From Thecamonas trahens ATCC 50062 (lineage: Eukaryota; Protista; Apusomonadida), in the NCBI RefSeq assembly GCF_000142905.1, contig NW_013657633.1, positions 257,803 to 307,816 on the forward strand: a stretch of 50,014 bases of DNA. Reading direction: 5' to 3'. Under the pieces are notes generated by a model. It searched no databases. It worked only from the letters and a program-made list of their open reading frames with translations, and had not been told where the DNA came from. Position numbers and translations under genes: made by a program. This document shows, in pieces, positions 17,978 through 28,847 of this stretch (position 1 is its first letter; the number at the start of each line of letters is the position of its first letter).

Positions 17978-18765
17978 TCTGTCCGAATCTCTACCTTGTG
18001 CTCCACGCACGGGCACAAAGGGCTGAATTACTGGCCGCCATGGACGCTGGCCTGAGCGTCGATTGCCCAGTCGCCGAGTGCGGCGTGTGAGCGAGGTTCA
18101 GATGCCCTCAGCGGCAACCAACGTCGACGCCACAAAGTTACCGAACGACTTGCGCGCGAGCTGTAGCGAGGCGGCCAGTACCCGTAGCTCAGCATAGGTG
18201 TGCTGAGCACCTCCGAAGACCGACTGCATCCGCCTATGGCGAGAGTCAAACGAGCTGTTGTGATCGCTACGTGTCGCGATTCTCCATGCTAATCGGTACT
18301 GTAGGTGCTGGCCGCATCGTGCCTTTGGCACGCCCAATCAACATAAACACGAGCGCCCGTCGTGTGCTTGCATACAGGCTGATCGGAAAGATAAAAGGGC
18401 ACCGCTCGGGTGCCCGTCGTTGTCGCCAAACATCATCGCCATTGGTGGAAGGCCGTAGGTGGGGTTGACGCTCCTCCGCAGCCGGCCGTGTCGACGCCAT
18501 TGGTGATGTGCAGCACATAGTCGAGCACTTTAATCATATCAAACACATCCCCCCTCCCCCACGCCTACCATCTCGCCAGATACATTATCTGCACTCGACC
18601 TTAGTTCTGGCCCTGCCGCTCTCCGATCGCCTCCCTTCGCCTCCCCTCCCTCCCCCCTTTTCCTCCCTCCATCACCCCCTTCCCAACAACAGCTGACAGA
18701 CGACCAACAGCCGCCCCCCCCCCCTCCCTCCCCCCTCCTCCAAACAGACGCAGTACCACTCAACT

Positions 18766-18938
18766 ATGCAACGGCAGGCGGAGACGCTGCGGACAAGCGG
18801 AGACGGCAGCGGACTGGCTCGGCTTGTTGCCGGGTATGAGGCCAAGCCAAGGGGAGGGCCAGCCGTGCGGACAAGCCTGGTGGTGGCCAAGGCCGAGCTA
18901 GCTCTGGAGGGAGGCATTCCAGGCTACTACCCGGACCC
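18766..18938 (+). CDS. 5' fragment of a hypothetical gene truncated by an assembly gap
   Basis: ATG after a C-rich leader; frame MQRQAETLR...GIPGYYPD stays open into the N-run. Confidence 0.4.
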
Positions 18939-19038
18939 NNNNNNNNNNNNNNNNNNNNNNNNNNNNNNNNNNNNNNNNNNNNNNNNNNNNNNNNNNNNNN
19001 NNNNNNNNNNNNNNNNNNNNNNNNNNNNNNNNNNNNNN
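18939..19038. other. Assembly gap (100 N)
   Basis: Run of n. Confidence 1.
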
Positions 19039-19220
19039 TTATTGGCGGACGCCGGCCACCTCCGCCGCCCCCGTTCCGCAGTCCTGACTGCAACCCCGTG
19101 ACCACACGGTCGATGAGCCACCTCGAGTCAGAGTAGCTGATGAATCATGGCCGAAGTGACTTTGTCAAAGGCTAGGATGAGTCAGGTTGGACGTCGGCGT
19201 CGTCGCACTCGTCAACAACC

Positions 19221-19480
19221 TTACAGCCGCGCTCTTCGCATGAGCGGGAGGTACGCGCCAAACTCGACGGGAGCCACGGGCTTCAGCACACACTTGGTAA
19301 GCGATTGCATGGCAGCCTCTATGCGAGCGTCCATCTCGTCAGTGGTGTCGTCCCGCCTCCACTGGAGTCAGCGTCGGCGATGCGATGGCGGACAGTGTCG
19401 ATCTCGCCTGGCAGTTGCGGAGGACAGAGGAGCAGCGATTGGCGTCGGAGACGCCGTCGCGTTCATCGCTGCTCGCACTC
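19221..19480 (-). pseudogene. Coding-like fragments in shifting frames (degenerate gene or low-quality sequence)
   Basis: LPGEIDTVRHRIADADSSGG and DDTTDEMDARIEAAMQSLTKCVLKPVAPVEFGAYLPLMRR lie in different minus-strand frames next to a gap; a minus-strand GTACGT occurs near 19598. Confidence 0.3.
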
Positions 19481-19634
19481 TAGCGAGGATGCCAAAGTCA
19501 GCGGTGGCCAAGTGCCACAAGGAGGGGAGGGGGAGGGGGGGGGGGGGGGGGTGGCGCCACCGCCACCGCCCGCCACCGCCACCGCCACCCACTACGTACA
19601 CACCTCACTGAGGAGTGTGAGGAGTGTGAGGAAC

Positions 19635-22600
19635 ATGTCCAACGACCCGACCGACTTCTTTGCATCACTCCTTACCCAAGCCAGTCAGGAGAGTCCGGGC
19701 CAAGGCAGTGGTGGTGGCGGTGGTGGTGGGGATACCGCGACAGGGGCAGGGGCAGGGGCAGGGGCAGGTCATGGACTGTCTCCTGGGCAGGTCATGGACT
19801 GTCTCCTGCGGGTGGGAGTAGCGATCAAGAAGTTGATTCATTCTTTGCATCTCTCATGGGCAGTAGTGCTACCACCTCGTCGGCATTGCCAGCAGGTGCA
19901 TCATCATCATCGTCAACGTCAACGTCAATGTCAACGTCAATGTCATCGTCAATGACTGCTGGTGGTGCTGGTGGTGGTGATGGTGGTGGTGGTGTTGGGG
20001 CTGGTGGTTCACATGGTGGGCGATCAGTGGCCCTTGCTGAAGGTACGTATGGTGCTTGCGTGCGTGTGTGTGGGTGGAAGAGGGCCATCAATTGGTAGTG
20101 ATGGCGGTGGTGTGGGTGGTGGTGCTGGCTATCGGATCGCTGGTTGTGGGAGAAAGTGCAGGGCTGGCTCGAGGTGGATGCGGACCATATCCGGCTCTTG
20201 CTGCTTTTGGCGACGAAATGGATGGGCGACTAATGGAGACGCGTGCGCGCGCGTGTGTGTGTGTGTGTTTGTGCAATGGTGACAGTGTTTGAGACCGAGT
20301 CGACGGATGAGCGAGTGGCCGAGTTGGAGGCGACGATTGAGCAGCTCAAGGCCAAGATGGAGGCGGAAGTGGCTGCAGTGCACGCGTCGCACAAGGCTAA
20401 GGCTGCAGAGAAGGACAAATTTGTGATGGAGAACGTGCAGTTGTTGAACGACCAGCACACGATGGAGCTTACTCGGCTCAACAAAGAGGCCGAGGAGCGC
20501 GATGCTGAGCTCAAGTCGCTCCGCTCCAAGCTTCGGGGAAAGGACGACGAGATCAAGATTGTTCAGGCCATGGTGGCCGAGGCTCAGGTTGCGCACAACG
20601 ATGCCGTCGCCCAACTTGCCGCAGGCAAGGAGGAGGCAGCGCGTGCCGTGACACAGGCTGCTGCCGACGCTGCTGACGCCAGTGACCGTGCAACAAAGGC
20701 CGAGGCCGAGTTGAAGAGCGCGTGCAGCAAGCTCGACGCCTCGACTGCCGAGAATGCAAAGCTGCTGACCGAGCTGGAGGCCGCAGCAGCTCGTGCCGCC
20801 GATGCCGGCGCTCGAATCCAAGAGCTTGAGGCCGAGCTCAAGGCCGCACGCACGGGCGAGGCGGAGACCAATGCCCAGATGGAGCGCGCAGCCGTGACCG
20901 AGGCCGAGCTTGAGACTGCCACCTCCCGCGTGCAAGAGGTCGAGGCCGAGCTCGAGTCGCTGCGCTCGCAGCTGGCTAAGGCCGAAGCCGAGATGGCGGC
21001 CACCCGCGCCGCGGTCGAATCATCCGGCTCCCGCGAGGCGGAGGCCAAGGCCGAGCTCGAGTCGCTGCGCTCGCAGCTGGCTAAGGCCGAAGCCGAGCTG
21101 GCGGCCACCCGCGCCGCGGTCGAATCATCCGGCTCCCGCGAGGCTGAGACCAAGGCCGAGCTCGAGTCGCTGCGCTCGCAGCTGGCTAAGGCCGAAGCCG
21201 AGCTGGCAGCCACCCGCGCCGCGGTCGAATCATCCGGCTCCCGTGAGGCGGAGGCCAAGGCTGAACTGGAGACGGCTACCTCTCGCGTGCAAGAGGTCGA
21301 GGCCGAGCTCGAGTCGCTGCGCTCGCAGCTGGCTAAGGCCGAAGCCGAGCTGGCGGCCACCCGCACCGCGGTCGAATCATCCAGCTCCCGCGAGGCTGAG
21401 ACCAAGGTCGAGCTGGATACTGCCACCTCTCGCGTGCAAGAGCTTGAAGCCGAGCTGGCGGCCACCCGCGCCGCGGTCGAGTCCACCGGCTCCCTCGAGG
21501 CGGAGGCCAAGGCCGAGCTCGAGTCGCTGCGCTCGCAGCTGGCTAAGGCCGAAGCCGAGCTGGCGGCCACCCGCGCCGCGGTCGAATCATCCGGCTACCG
21601 CGAGTCTGAGACCAAGGCCGAGCTCGAGTCGCTGCGCTCGCAGCTGGCTAAGGCTGAAGCCGAGCTGGCGGCCACCCGCACCGCGGTCGAATCATCCGGC
21701 TCTCGCGAGTCTGAGGCCAAGGTCGAGCTGGATACTGCCACCTCTCGGGTGCAAGAGCTTGAAGCCGAGCTGGCGGCCACCCGCGCCGCGGTCGAGTCCT
21801 CCGGCTCCCGCGAGGCGGAGGCCAAGGCCGAGCTGGATACTGCCACCTCTCGCGTGCAAGAGGTCGAGGCCGAGCTCGAGTCGCTGCGCTCGCAGCTGGC
21901 TAAGGCCGAAGCCGAGCTGGCGGCCACCCGCGCCGCGGTCGAATCATCCGGCTCCCGCGAGTCTGAGGCCAAGGTCGAGCTGGATACTGCCACCTCTCGG
22001 GTGCAAGAGCTTGAAGCCGAGCTGGCGGCCACCCGCGCCGCGGTCGAATCATCCAGCTGCCGCGAGGCGGAGGCCAAGGTCGAGCTGGATACTGCCACCT
22101 CTCGCGTGCAAGAGCTTGAAGCCGAGCTGGCGGCCACCCGCGCCGCGGTCGAGTCCACCGGCTCCCTCGAGGCTGAGACCAAGGCCGAGCTCGAGTCGCT
22201 GCGCTCGCAGCTGGAGCTTGAAGCCGAGCTGGCGGCCACCCGCGCCGCGGTCGAGTCCACCGGCTCCCGCGAGTCTGAGGCCAAGGTCGAGCTGGATACT
22301 GCCATCACCCGCATCCAAGAACTCGAGGCCGAGCTTCAGACCGCGTGTGCGAGCGAGGCCGAGCTCACACTCAAGCTTGAGGAAGCCGAGGCTCACCACA
22401 AGCTTCTCCAGGGAGAGATCAGCACCTGGACCCAGGAGCACGAATCTGCACTTGCGGATCTCCACGCTGCCCGTGCCCGCGCCCGCGATGCCGATGCCCG
22501 GGTCAACGAGGTCGAGGCTGCGCTTAACGCCGGTGCAGCGCGGACCAGTGAGCTCGAGGCCCGCCTGACCACGATGGCCGCTTCGCTTCACTCCAACTCG

Positions 22601-24373
22601 GCCAGCGAGACCGAGTCGAATGCTGAGCTTGCAGCGCAGATTGACGAGCTCAAGTCGCAACTCGCGGCGTCGCAGTCGCGGTTTGAAGAGCACGAGGCGT
22701 CGGCGCAGATCGAGCTGCGGACGGCGCTGGAGACCCGCGAGGCACAGGCGCAGGCTCTCGAGCGCGAGCTTGAGCAGGCAATGGCATCCGCATCCGCCGA
22801 CGCCGATGCCCGCTATGCTGCCGAAGCCGACGCCGCTGAGCTGCGCCGGCTACTGGAGACTCGCGAGGCGCGGGCTCAGGCGCTGGCCCACGAGCTCGAG
22901 GCTGCAAACTCCAGCCTCGCTGCTGCCCGCGCAGAGCTGGCAAGCTCGGCCGACAACCTCCGCGCCGACGAGCACGACCAAGCCCGTGCGGCATCGGACG
23001 CCCGCGTCACCACTCTCTCTGAGGAGCTCGCCGACGCCGTGGCCATGCAAGACGTCCTTCGTGATGAGATTGCCGAACTCCGGGCCCGCCGCGATGAGCT
23101 CGAGTCACAGCTTGCCCGCCTCGAGGCCGACGCCGCCGCAGATGCCAGTCTACGCGAGGACGCCGCCGCGGCGCGCGTCCTCCGTGGCCAAGTCGCCGAC
23201 CTTGAGCACCAGGTTGCGCTGCTGGAGCGCAGGGCTTCATCCGCACCTCCCGCGCCGCTCGCCAGCGATCTCGAGGCTCTGGAGGCCGAGATCGCGCGGT
23301 GGAAGGCTGTCGCCAACGACTCGGCGTCCAACCAGAAGGCGCTGCGGAGCCAGGTGGCGGCGCAGTCAGCCGAAATCGAGGATCTCGCCGCAGCGCTCGC
23401 CACTCTCCGCGACGAAAACTCAGCTCCACCGCGCTCGCTCCTCGCCTCGCCGCAGGCGAGCACCGAGCTTCGCGACAAGTATCACGCCCTCATTGCGGAG
23501 CGCCGCAAGCAGCGCGAAGCGCTTGCCGCCGCCCGCAAGCAGGTCGCTGTCCTCGAACACGAGCTCGCTGTCCTCCACGAGTCGCGCAAGGCGCTGGTTC
23601 TCAACGCCGCCGACGACGCCCGCAAGATCCGCTCCGCTGCCCAGCGCCAGATATCCATCCTCAAGGCGGAACTCAGCTCCGCGCAGGAAGCTGCTGCCCT
23701 TGCCGAGCACACCGTCACCGAGCTCCGGGCCTCGCTCGACCGTGAAAAGCGCACCGCCTCCTCCCTTGCTCGCAAGTTTGAGGCCCGCATGGAGATCCTC
23801 AAACAGGAGGCCGCCCGCGATGCCGAGCTCGCCGTCCTCACTGTCAAGGACGAGTACGCTTCCCGCCTCGCCCGCGCCGAGGCGGCTGCAAAGGCCCACG
23901 TCGAGGAGGACCTTGTCGCTGGCGCCAACGAGTTTAACGATGTCGTCGCAAAGTGGTACGCCGCTAAGGAGCGTGTCACAGAGCTCGAGGCCAAGCTCGC
24001 GGACCGCAACTCGGTCATCGAGCAGCACTACTGTGACTTGCTCATCGCCCAGAACACCATCGACGAGCTCCAGGCCGCTGCCAAGCAGACCAGCACACAC
24101 ACCAATCGCTCGCGCTCCTCTCGCTCTACACGGTCATCGCGGGCCAAAGCCAAGGCCAAGGCCAAGTCGAAGGGTAGGTCCAAGGCCAAGTCCAGGTCCA
24201 GCTCGTCGCGGGCCAAGGCCAAGTCCAGGACCAAATCGTCGGGGGCCAAGGCCAAACTGCGGCAGTCGCAAGCCAAGGTCGACAACTCACTTGGCCTCTC
24301 TTCCCTCTCACTCTCATCATCGTCGAGCTCGTCGTCGAGTTCATCGGGGCGGATGGAGGCCGCCATGTTCTGA
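19635..24373 (+). CDS. Long coiled-coil protein with modular internal repeats and basic Arg/Ser/Lys tail; proposed exons 19635-19767, 19791-20042, 20286-24373 (1490 aa)
   Basis: Heptad-rich E/A/L/K/R composition. Exon lengths sum to 4473 nt (in frame). The N-terminus carries a repeated FFASL motif only if the 23-nt duplication is removed. Confidence 0.85.
19762..19808 (+). repeat. Perfect 23-bp tandem duplication containing AG|GT (candidate micro-intron 19768-19790)
   Basis: GGGCAGGTCATGGACTGTCTCCT occurs twice in tandem. Confidence 0.95.
20043..20285 (+). other. Spliceosomal intron (243 nt, GTACGT...GACTAAT...GACAG), phase 1
   Basis: Consensus donor and branch point; splicing joins ..ALAE to VFETESTDER in the frame of the long ORF. 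Confidence 0.85.
20909..22333 (+). repeat. Coding mosaic minisatellite of 42-, 42- and 63-bp modules (28 units)
   Basis: Modules LESLRSQLAKAEAE, LxTATSRVQExEAE and LAATRAAVESSGSREAEAKAE in irregular order, near-identical at DNA level. Confidence 0.95.
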
Positions 24374-24433
24374 GAACTCTTAGCGGTACGTTCGGGCGCA
24401 TTCTTGCGCGCCAACCCGTGACATACGCACGTG

Positions 24434-25728
24434 TTAGGAAAAGTCCCGATCCGGGAAGCAGACAGGAGCCATGAGCGACCAGCCGTAAAGGATGAGCGCC
24501 AGCCACGACGAGACGATTTTGACCCAGGCGGCGGCCGATCCGGTGTTGACCCGCACGTCGCTCGAGTCACCCGAGATGATCGCCCAGTTGGAGACGAGCA
24601 TGGCGACGTAGAGCGAGGCGCAGGCAAAGACAAAATGGAAGAACGAGTAGTTGTACTTGACACCGTCCAGCTCGTCGTCAAACTCGGGCAGGCTACCCTC
24701 GCCCTGCCCGCGCTCGGCATCGTCGTTGATGAGGTGTTGGCTGGTGGTACCGGAGCTGATGATATCGTCCGACTGGCTCGACGTCCGCAGCGCCGAGTAG
24801 ACGACTGAGAGCAGGGTAAAGGCGACGCCAAAGACAAACGACGTGTCTTGTGCATCCGACGACGCATCGGTCGTAAAGTGCGAGAGCGAGACTTCGGAGC
24901 AGCCTGAGGACGGCGGGAACGAGAGGATGGCCGAGAAGACCAGATATGTCGAGTATGCCACCACAATCGAGCTCTGCAGCAGGCCCGACGCCGGATTGGC
25001 CTCCTGCACCGCAGCCGAGACCGACAGCGCCGAGACAGCCATGCCCATGAGCCCGTTGAGGACCACAAAGACCACGTTGGTAGCACATCCGGAGAACTCT
25101 GCGAGGAGCACAATGGCGAGGACAAGCGCAAAGAGATATGCCACACCTGTCACAGTCAGCAGGGCGTAGTACCAGCCGTTGCTCTCATCAGGCGCATCGC
25201 GCCACTTGGCCAGCCACGACTCGTTCCAGGTGTGGGCAAAGTTGACGAGGAGGACGAGCTGGAGAAGAATGAAGATGGCTGAGCCGATGAGCGCCATCCA
25301 CGCAATGGTGGCCAGAGAAGAGTTGGGCACGTAGAAAAAGCCAATGACAAGGCCAACGAGAACAATGACCTTGCCAAACCACAGGCCATCATGAAGGAGA
25401 CTACGGGGATCACGACTTGTTTTGAGGCCGATGAAAAGAAGGGCGAAAGACCATGATACACCGCCAGAGCAAACATAAGACGATACGCAGCAGCAATGCC
25501 AAAGAGAGCCACCGGTGTGCTCTTGAGTACAGAGAAGCTCGAGAGCAAGTGCTCGCCCCATCGCGAGACGATCCAAGCCAGAAAGGCAACGATGAGAAAC
25601 TCGATGAGATAGACGGCGCGCGTAATGGTTGATTTGTCAAAGGGGAGAAGGGCACAGCAGCACCGACACCCGATTCCCAGGCAGCATGACGCCGCTTCAA
25701 AAGCGCAACATGCAAGCAAACCAGACAT
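24434..25728 (-). CDS. SERINC: Serine incorporator (SERINC/TMS1) membrane protein; apparent 1-nt frameshift at about 25446-25448
   Basis: Cys-rich N-terminus, TRAVY, AAYRLMFAL, TSRDPRSLLHDGLWFGK, FILLQLVLLVNFAHTWNE, SGLLQSS, YNYSFFHFVF, WVKIVSSW and LMAPVCFPDRDFS are SERINC hallmarks. One extra T in CTTTC joins the two frames as YHGLFALLFIG. Confidence 0.92.
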
Positions 25729-25951
25729 ACGTAACGTTGACTCGCTTGTCTACCTTGACTTCAATTGCTGTTCCTATACCTGGCTTGACTCGTGTGCTTG
25801 GGCGACAAGTGTGCCCGTGTCCGTCTCGCTCGCGGTCTCTTCGCTCTCTCGTCACGGCTCTCTCGTCGTCGTCTCATGCGCGGATTTCGTGCGTTGCTTC
25901 TGAGGACTCTCCACAGAGGTACTGCGGCGTGTGATGGAGGGTGTTATGCTG

Positions 25952-28203
25952 CTATGCGAGTGCCACGCCTTCAAACTCTGCGCCCATGGTGAGGAATGAG
26001 ACCTGGGCGTTGTGCTCAAGCTGGGCGAGTGTCTTGACGGTCGGCTTGAGGGCGTCGATGTACTTTGCGGACGATGACGGCGCTTCGACCACGTCCACCT
26101 TTTCGCCGTACTTGATCGAGCCCGGAGCGGCGTCAAGGTGCGGCAGGCGGTACTGGGCGTCCATGAACTGGATTTCCTCGGCGATGAGGTCCTCGATGGC
26201 ACCGAGGAGCGCCGGCTCGTCGTACCAGATGGTGCAGCCGCCGTCGCTGACGAGCGCAGTGTTGCTGCACTTGCCCGACCGCGAGGAGCAAGTATGGAAC
26301 CAGACACGCTCCTTAGTCGACGCCACGAGCGAGATGGCGAGACCGAGGGTGTCGGCGCGACCGACGCGGCCGACGCGGTGGACGTACTGCGCAGCCTCGT
26401 CGGGCAGCGTGTAGTTGATCACAAACGGGAGGCCCGAGATGTCGATGCCGCGCGCCGCCACGTCGGTGCAGACGAGGAAGCGAATGCTGCCGGCCTTGAA
26501 TGCTTCGAGGTTGGCCGCCCGCTTCGCGTTCATGCCCGAGTGCAGCGCAAGCGCCGCGTACTTGGACACACCCGACGCTTGCCCGCCGGCCACAACCGGC
26601 AGACTGTTGAGGTAGGCAGCAACGGTGTCGCAGTCGAGGCGGGTTCTGCAGAACACAATGGCCTGGTCCATGGCGTAGGTGTCGATGAGATCAACGAGGA
26701 TCTGCACTTTGAGCAGCTTGATGGTGTGCGAGGCGTCGGCGTCGGTCGGCCCGCCAACACGCACTCGATCCTTCTTATGGACCCGGTCGGCCTTGAACAC
26801 CGGCCGCGACTTGTCGACCCGGAGCACACGCGGGTCGATCCGCACTGCTGCATGGTGGACCGTGGCCGGCAGCAAGTCGTGGCCCTTGAGGTCGACCCAA
26901 GTCGGGTGCTGCATCAGCTCTGCGGCGAGGGTGCGGATGACTGGGGTGTGGAGCGTAGCCGAGAAGCACATGATTTGGACCCGGAGTCGGGTCAGCGGCA
27001 GCGCTGCGTACACGCTGCGAATGAATGCCGCCGTGTCACCTGCAGAGAGCAAGTCGTCGGCCTCGTCCATGACAAAGAACCGTGTCGAGGCGAGGCTCAG
27101 CGCCCCGTTCTTGAGCATCTCCTTGGCCCGCCCGGCCGTCGCCACCACAATGTCCACCCCGCGGCGCAGCCGCGCAGCCTGCTCCTTGGCGTTGCTCCCG
27201 CCGGTCAACAGGAGCGTCCGGAGCTGCGGCTCGGGCAGGTACTTGCCAAACGCGTTGATCTGCTCAACAACCTGTTCCGCCAGCTCGCGGGTCGGCTCCA
27301 GAATGAGGCAAGCAGGCGCGTGCTCGGCTTCGGCAGGCGCCACACTCCCGCCGGCGACGCGCCAGGCCGGAGGTGCGCTGTCGACCGCCACATAGCCCGA
27401 CGGCAGCGGGTGCACAAACGGCGTCGCACCAAAGTTGAACACCATCTCCGCGTTCTTGAGGACGACCGCCGGAAAGATGGCAACGCCGTCGAGCGCGGGA
27501 GGGATGTCAAACGCCGTTCCAAACAGAGTGCCGTTCTTGGAGAAGCCGACCGTCCGCTGAGTCCTGTCGAGCATGACACCGATGACGTCGCCGAGGCCAA
27601 ACGGCTCGCCGTACGGCTCAAACTTGCGCTTGTACGACTTCTTGCCCGTCCCGCCAAAGCCAAACGAGCCGGCGTCCGTACCCAGGTTGAGCGTCGCGGT
27701 CTCTGTCGCCAGCCCGACCCGGGCCAGCCCCTCGTCCGTCACCTTTGCCTCAAAGTACACCGCGCCATCCACAAAGCCACAGCTCGCCCTCGCCCCTGCC
27801 CAATTGTACGCCGCCCGCGACTGAACCGTCAGCCCGTTGTCAGCAATGGCACACGTCAGATCACGATCTTGGGTCGAGAGCACAACACTCTCAGTCGAGG
27901 ACGAACTCGCGGCCGAGCTGGCGGCTGAGCTGGGAGCCGAGGCGGCAGAGCGACCGAGAGAGACTTGGTCTGAGAGCGTCTCATGGACAATTTGAACGAC
28001 AGGCAGAGCAAAGGCACCAGTCTTGCCCGTCCCTGTCTCTGCGGCAGCCAATACGTCACCACCTCCAAGAATGAGCGGAATAGCTTCGTTCTGAACAGGG
28101 GTGGGCAGCTGCCAGCCAAGTTCCTCTACGGCGGCGATGATTTCTGGGCAGACTCCAAGCTTCTCAAACGCAGACTGACCAAGGTATATCAAAGAGATAC
28201 CAT
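25952..28203 (-). CDS. DDX1: ATP-dependent RNA helicase DDX1 (DEAD box with SPRY insertion); exons 28203-28201 (ATG) and 28174-25952, 741 aa
   Basis: PTPVQNEAIPLILGGGDVLAAAETGTGKTGAF, SPRY insert, DEAD, SAT, FLVCTDVAARGIDISGLP, YVHRVGRVGRA and the DDX1-type C-terminus GGCTIWYDEP. Confidence 0.97.
28175..28200 (-). other. 26-nt micro-intron directly after the DDX1 start codon (GTATCT...GGTCAG)
   Basis: ATG|gtatctctttgatataccttggtcag|TCT GCG TTT gives MSAFEKLG. Unspliced, the ATG hits TGA after 4 codons, and no other in-frame ATG precedes motif I. Confidence 0.85.
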
Positions 28204-28847
28204 AACGTAGTGATGTTGTGTTAGTTGTTTGTTGTCTTTGCCCTCTCCCCCCCTTCCCCCCTTCCTCCTCCCCTCCTTCCCCCCCTCCTTCCCCTCTCCC
28301 ACCACCTCATCATCTAACCAATGGAAATGCCTCAGACTCGCAATTGGAACTCGTACCATGACCAACGATTAAAGTTGAGAGGAATGGTAAAGATTTGGTA
28401 GCTATGATTAGTCTCACGTCATGCCTTGATTAATCCGCCATCCATGATGGGAGAGCAACGGCACCGAGTCGCTAGCACTCGCAGCAGGCTGAGCGAAGCA
28501 AAGCCATACTTCGATGAGAGCTCCAATGGCATCGACACAATCGGCTCTGGAGGATCGGAGACCGACCGACTGACCCATCCCACTCTGATTACGCCAATTT
28601 CTTGCATTGATCTCGGGAGCACGCGAGCTTACGATGGGCACTCATGTACACACGGGTCACCTTGCCAATCAACCCAATATGCTGGCGACAATGGCCAGCG
28701 CAGTGTTTGTGAGGACATCTCAAACCGTTGTGCTAGCAGATCGGGTGCTCGGCCGGCAACCGAGAGAGTCGTTGGGTATCGGTCACTCGACTCAAACGCG
28801 CGTTCGTTGAGACGCGGTGAAAGACTTGGCCTTGCGTCGGGGCAACC

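Noticed and set aside
19634-19637. Second case of a CATG serving as start on both strands (also at 12765)
   Set aside because: C before ATG is a common start context here and automatically creates an antisense ATG; the antisense frames are short or broken.
20909-22333. CRISPR-like appearance of the repeat array
   Set aside because: There are no unique spacers, units are in-frame coding modules, no cas genes are present and the context is eukaryotic.
20584-22568. Long alternative-frame and antisense ORFs over the coiled-coil repeats (also 26138-27928, 33265-35538, 44080-45750, 13081-15123)
   Set aside because: These are shadow ORFs expected from high GC and codon bias, which leave few stops in other frames; they carry no independent domain signal.
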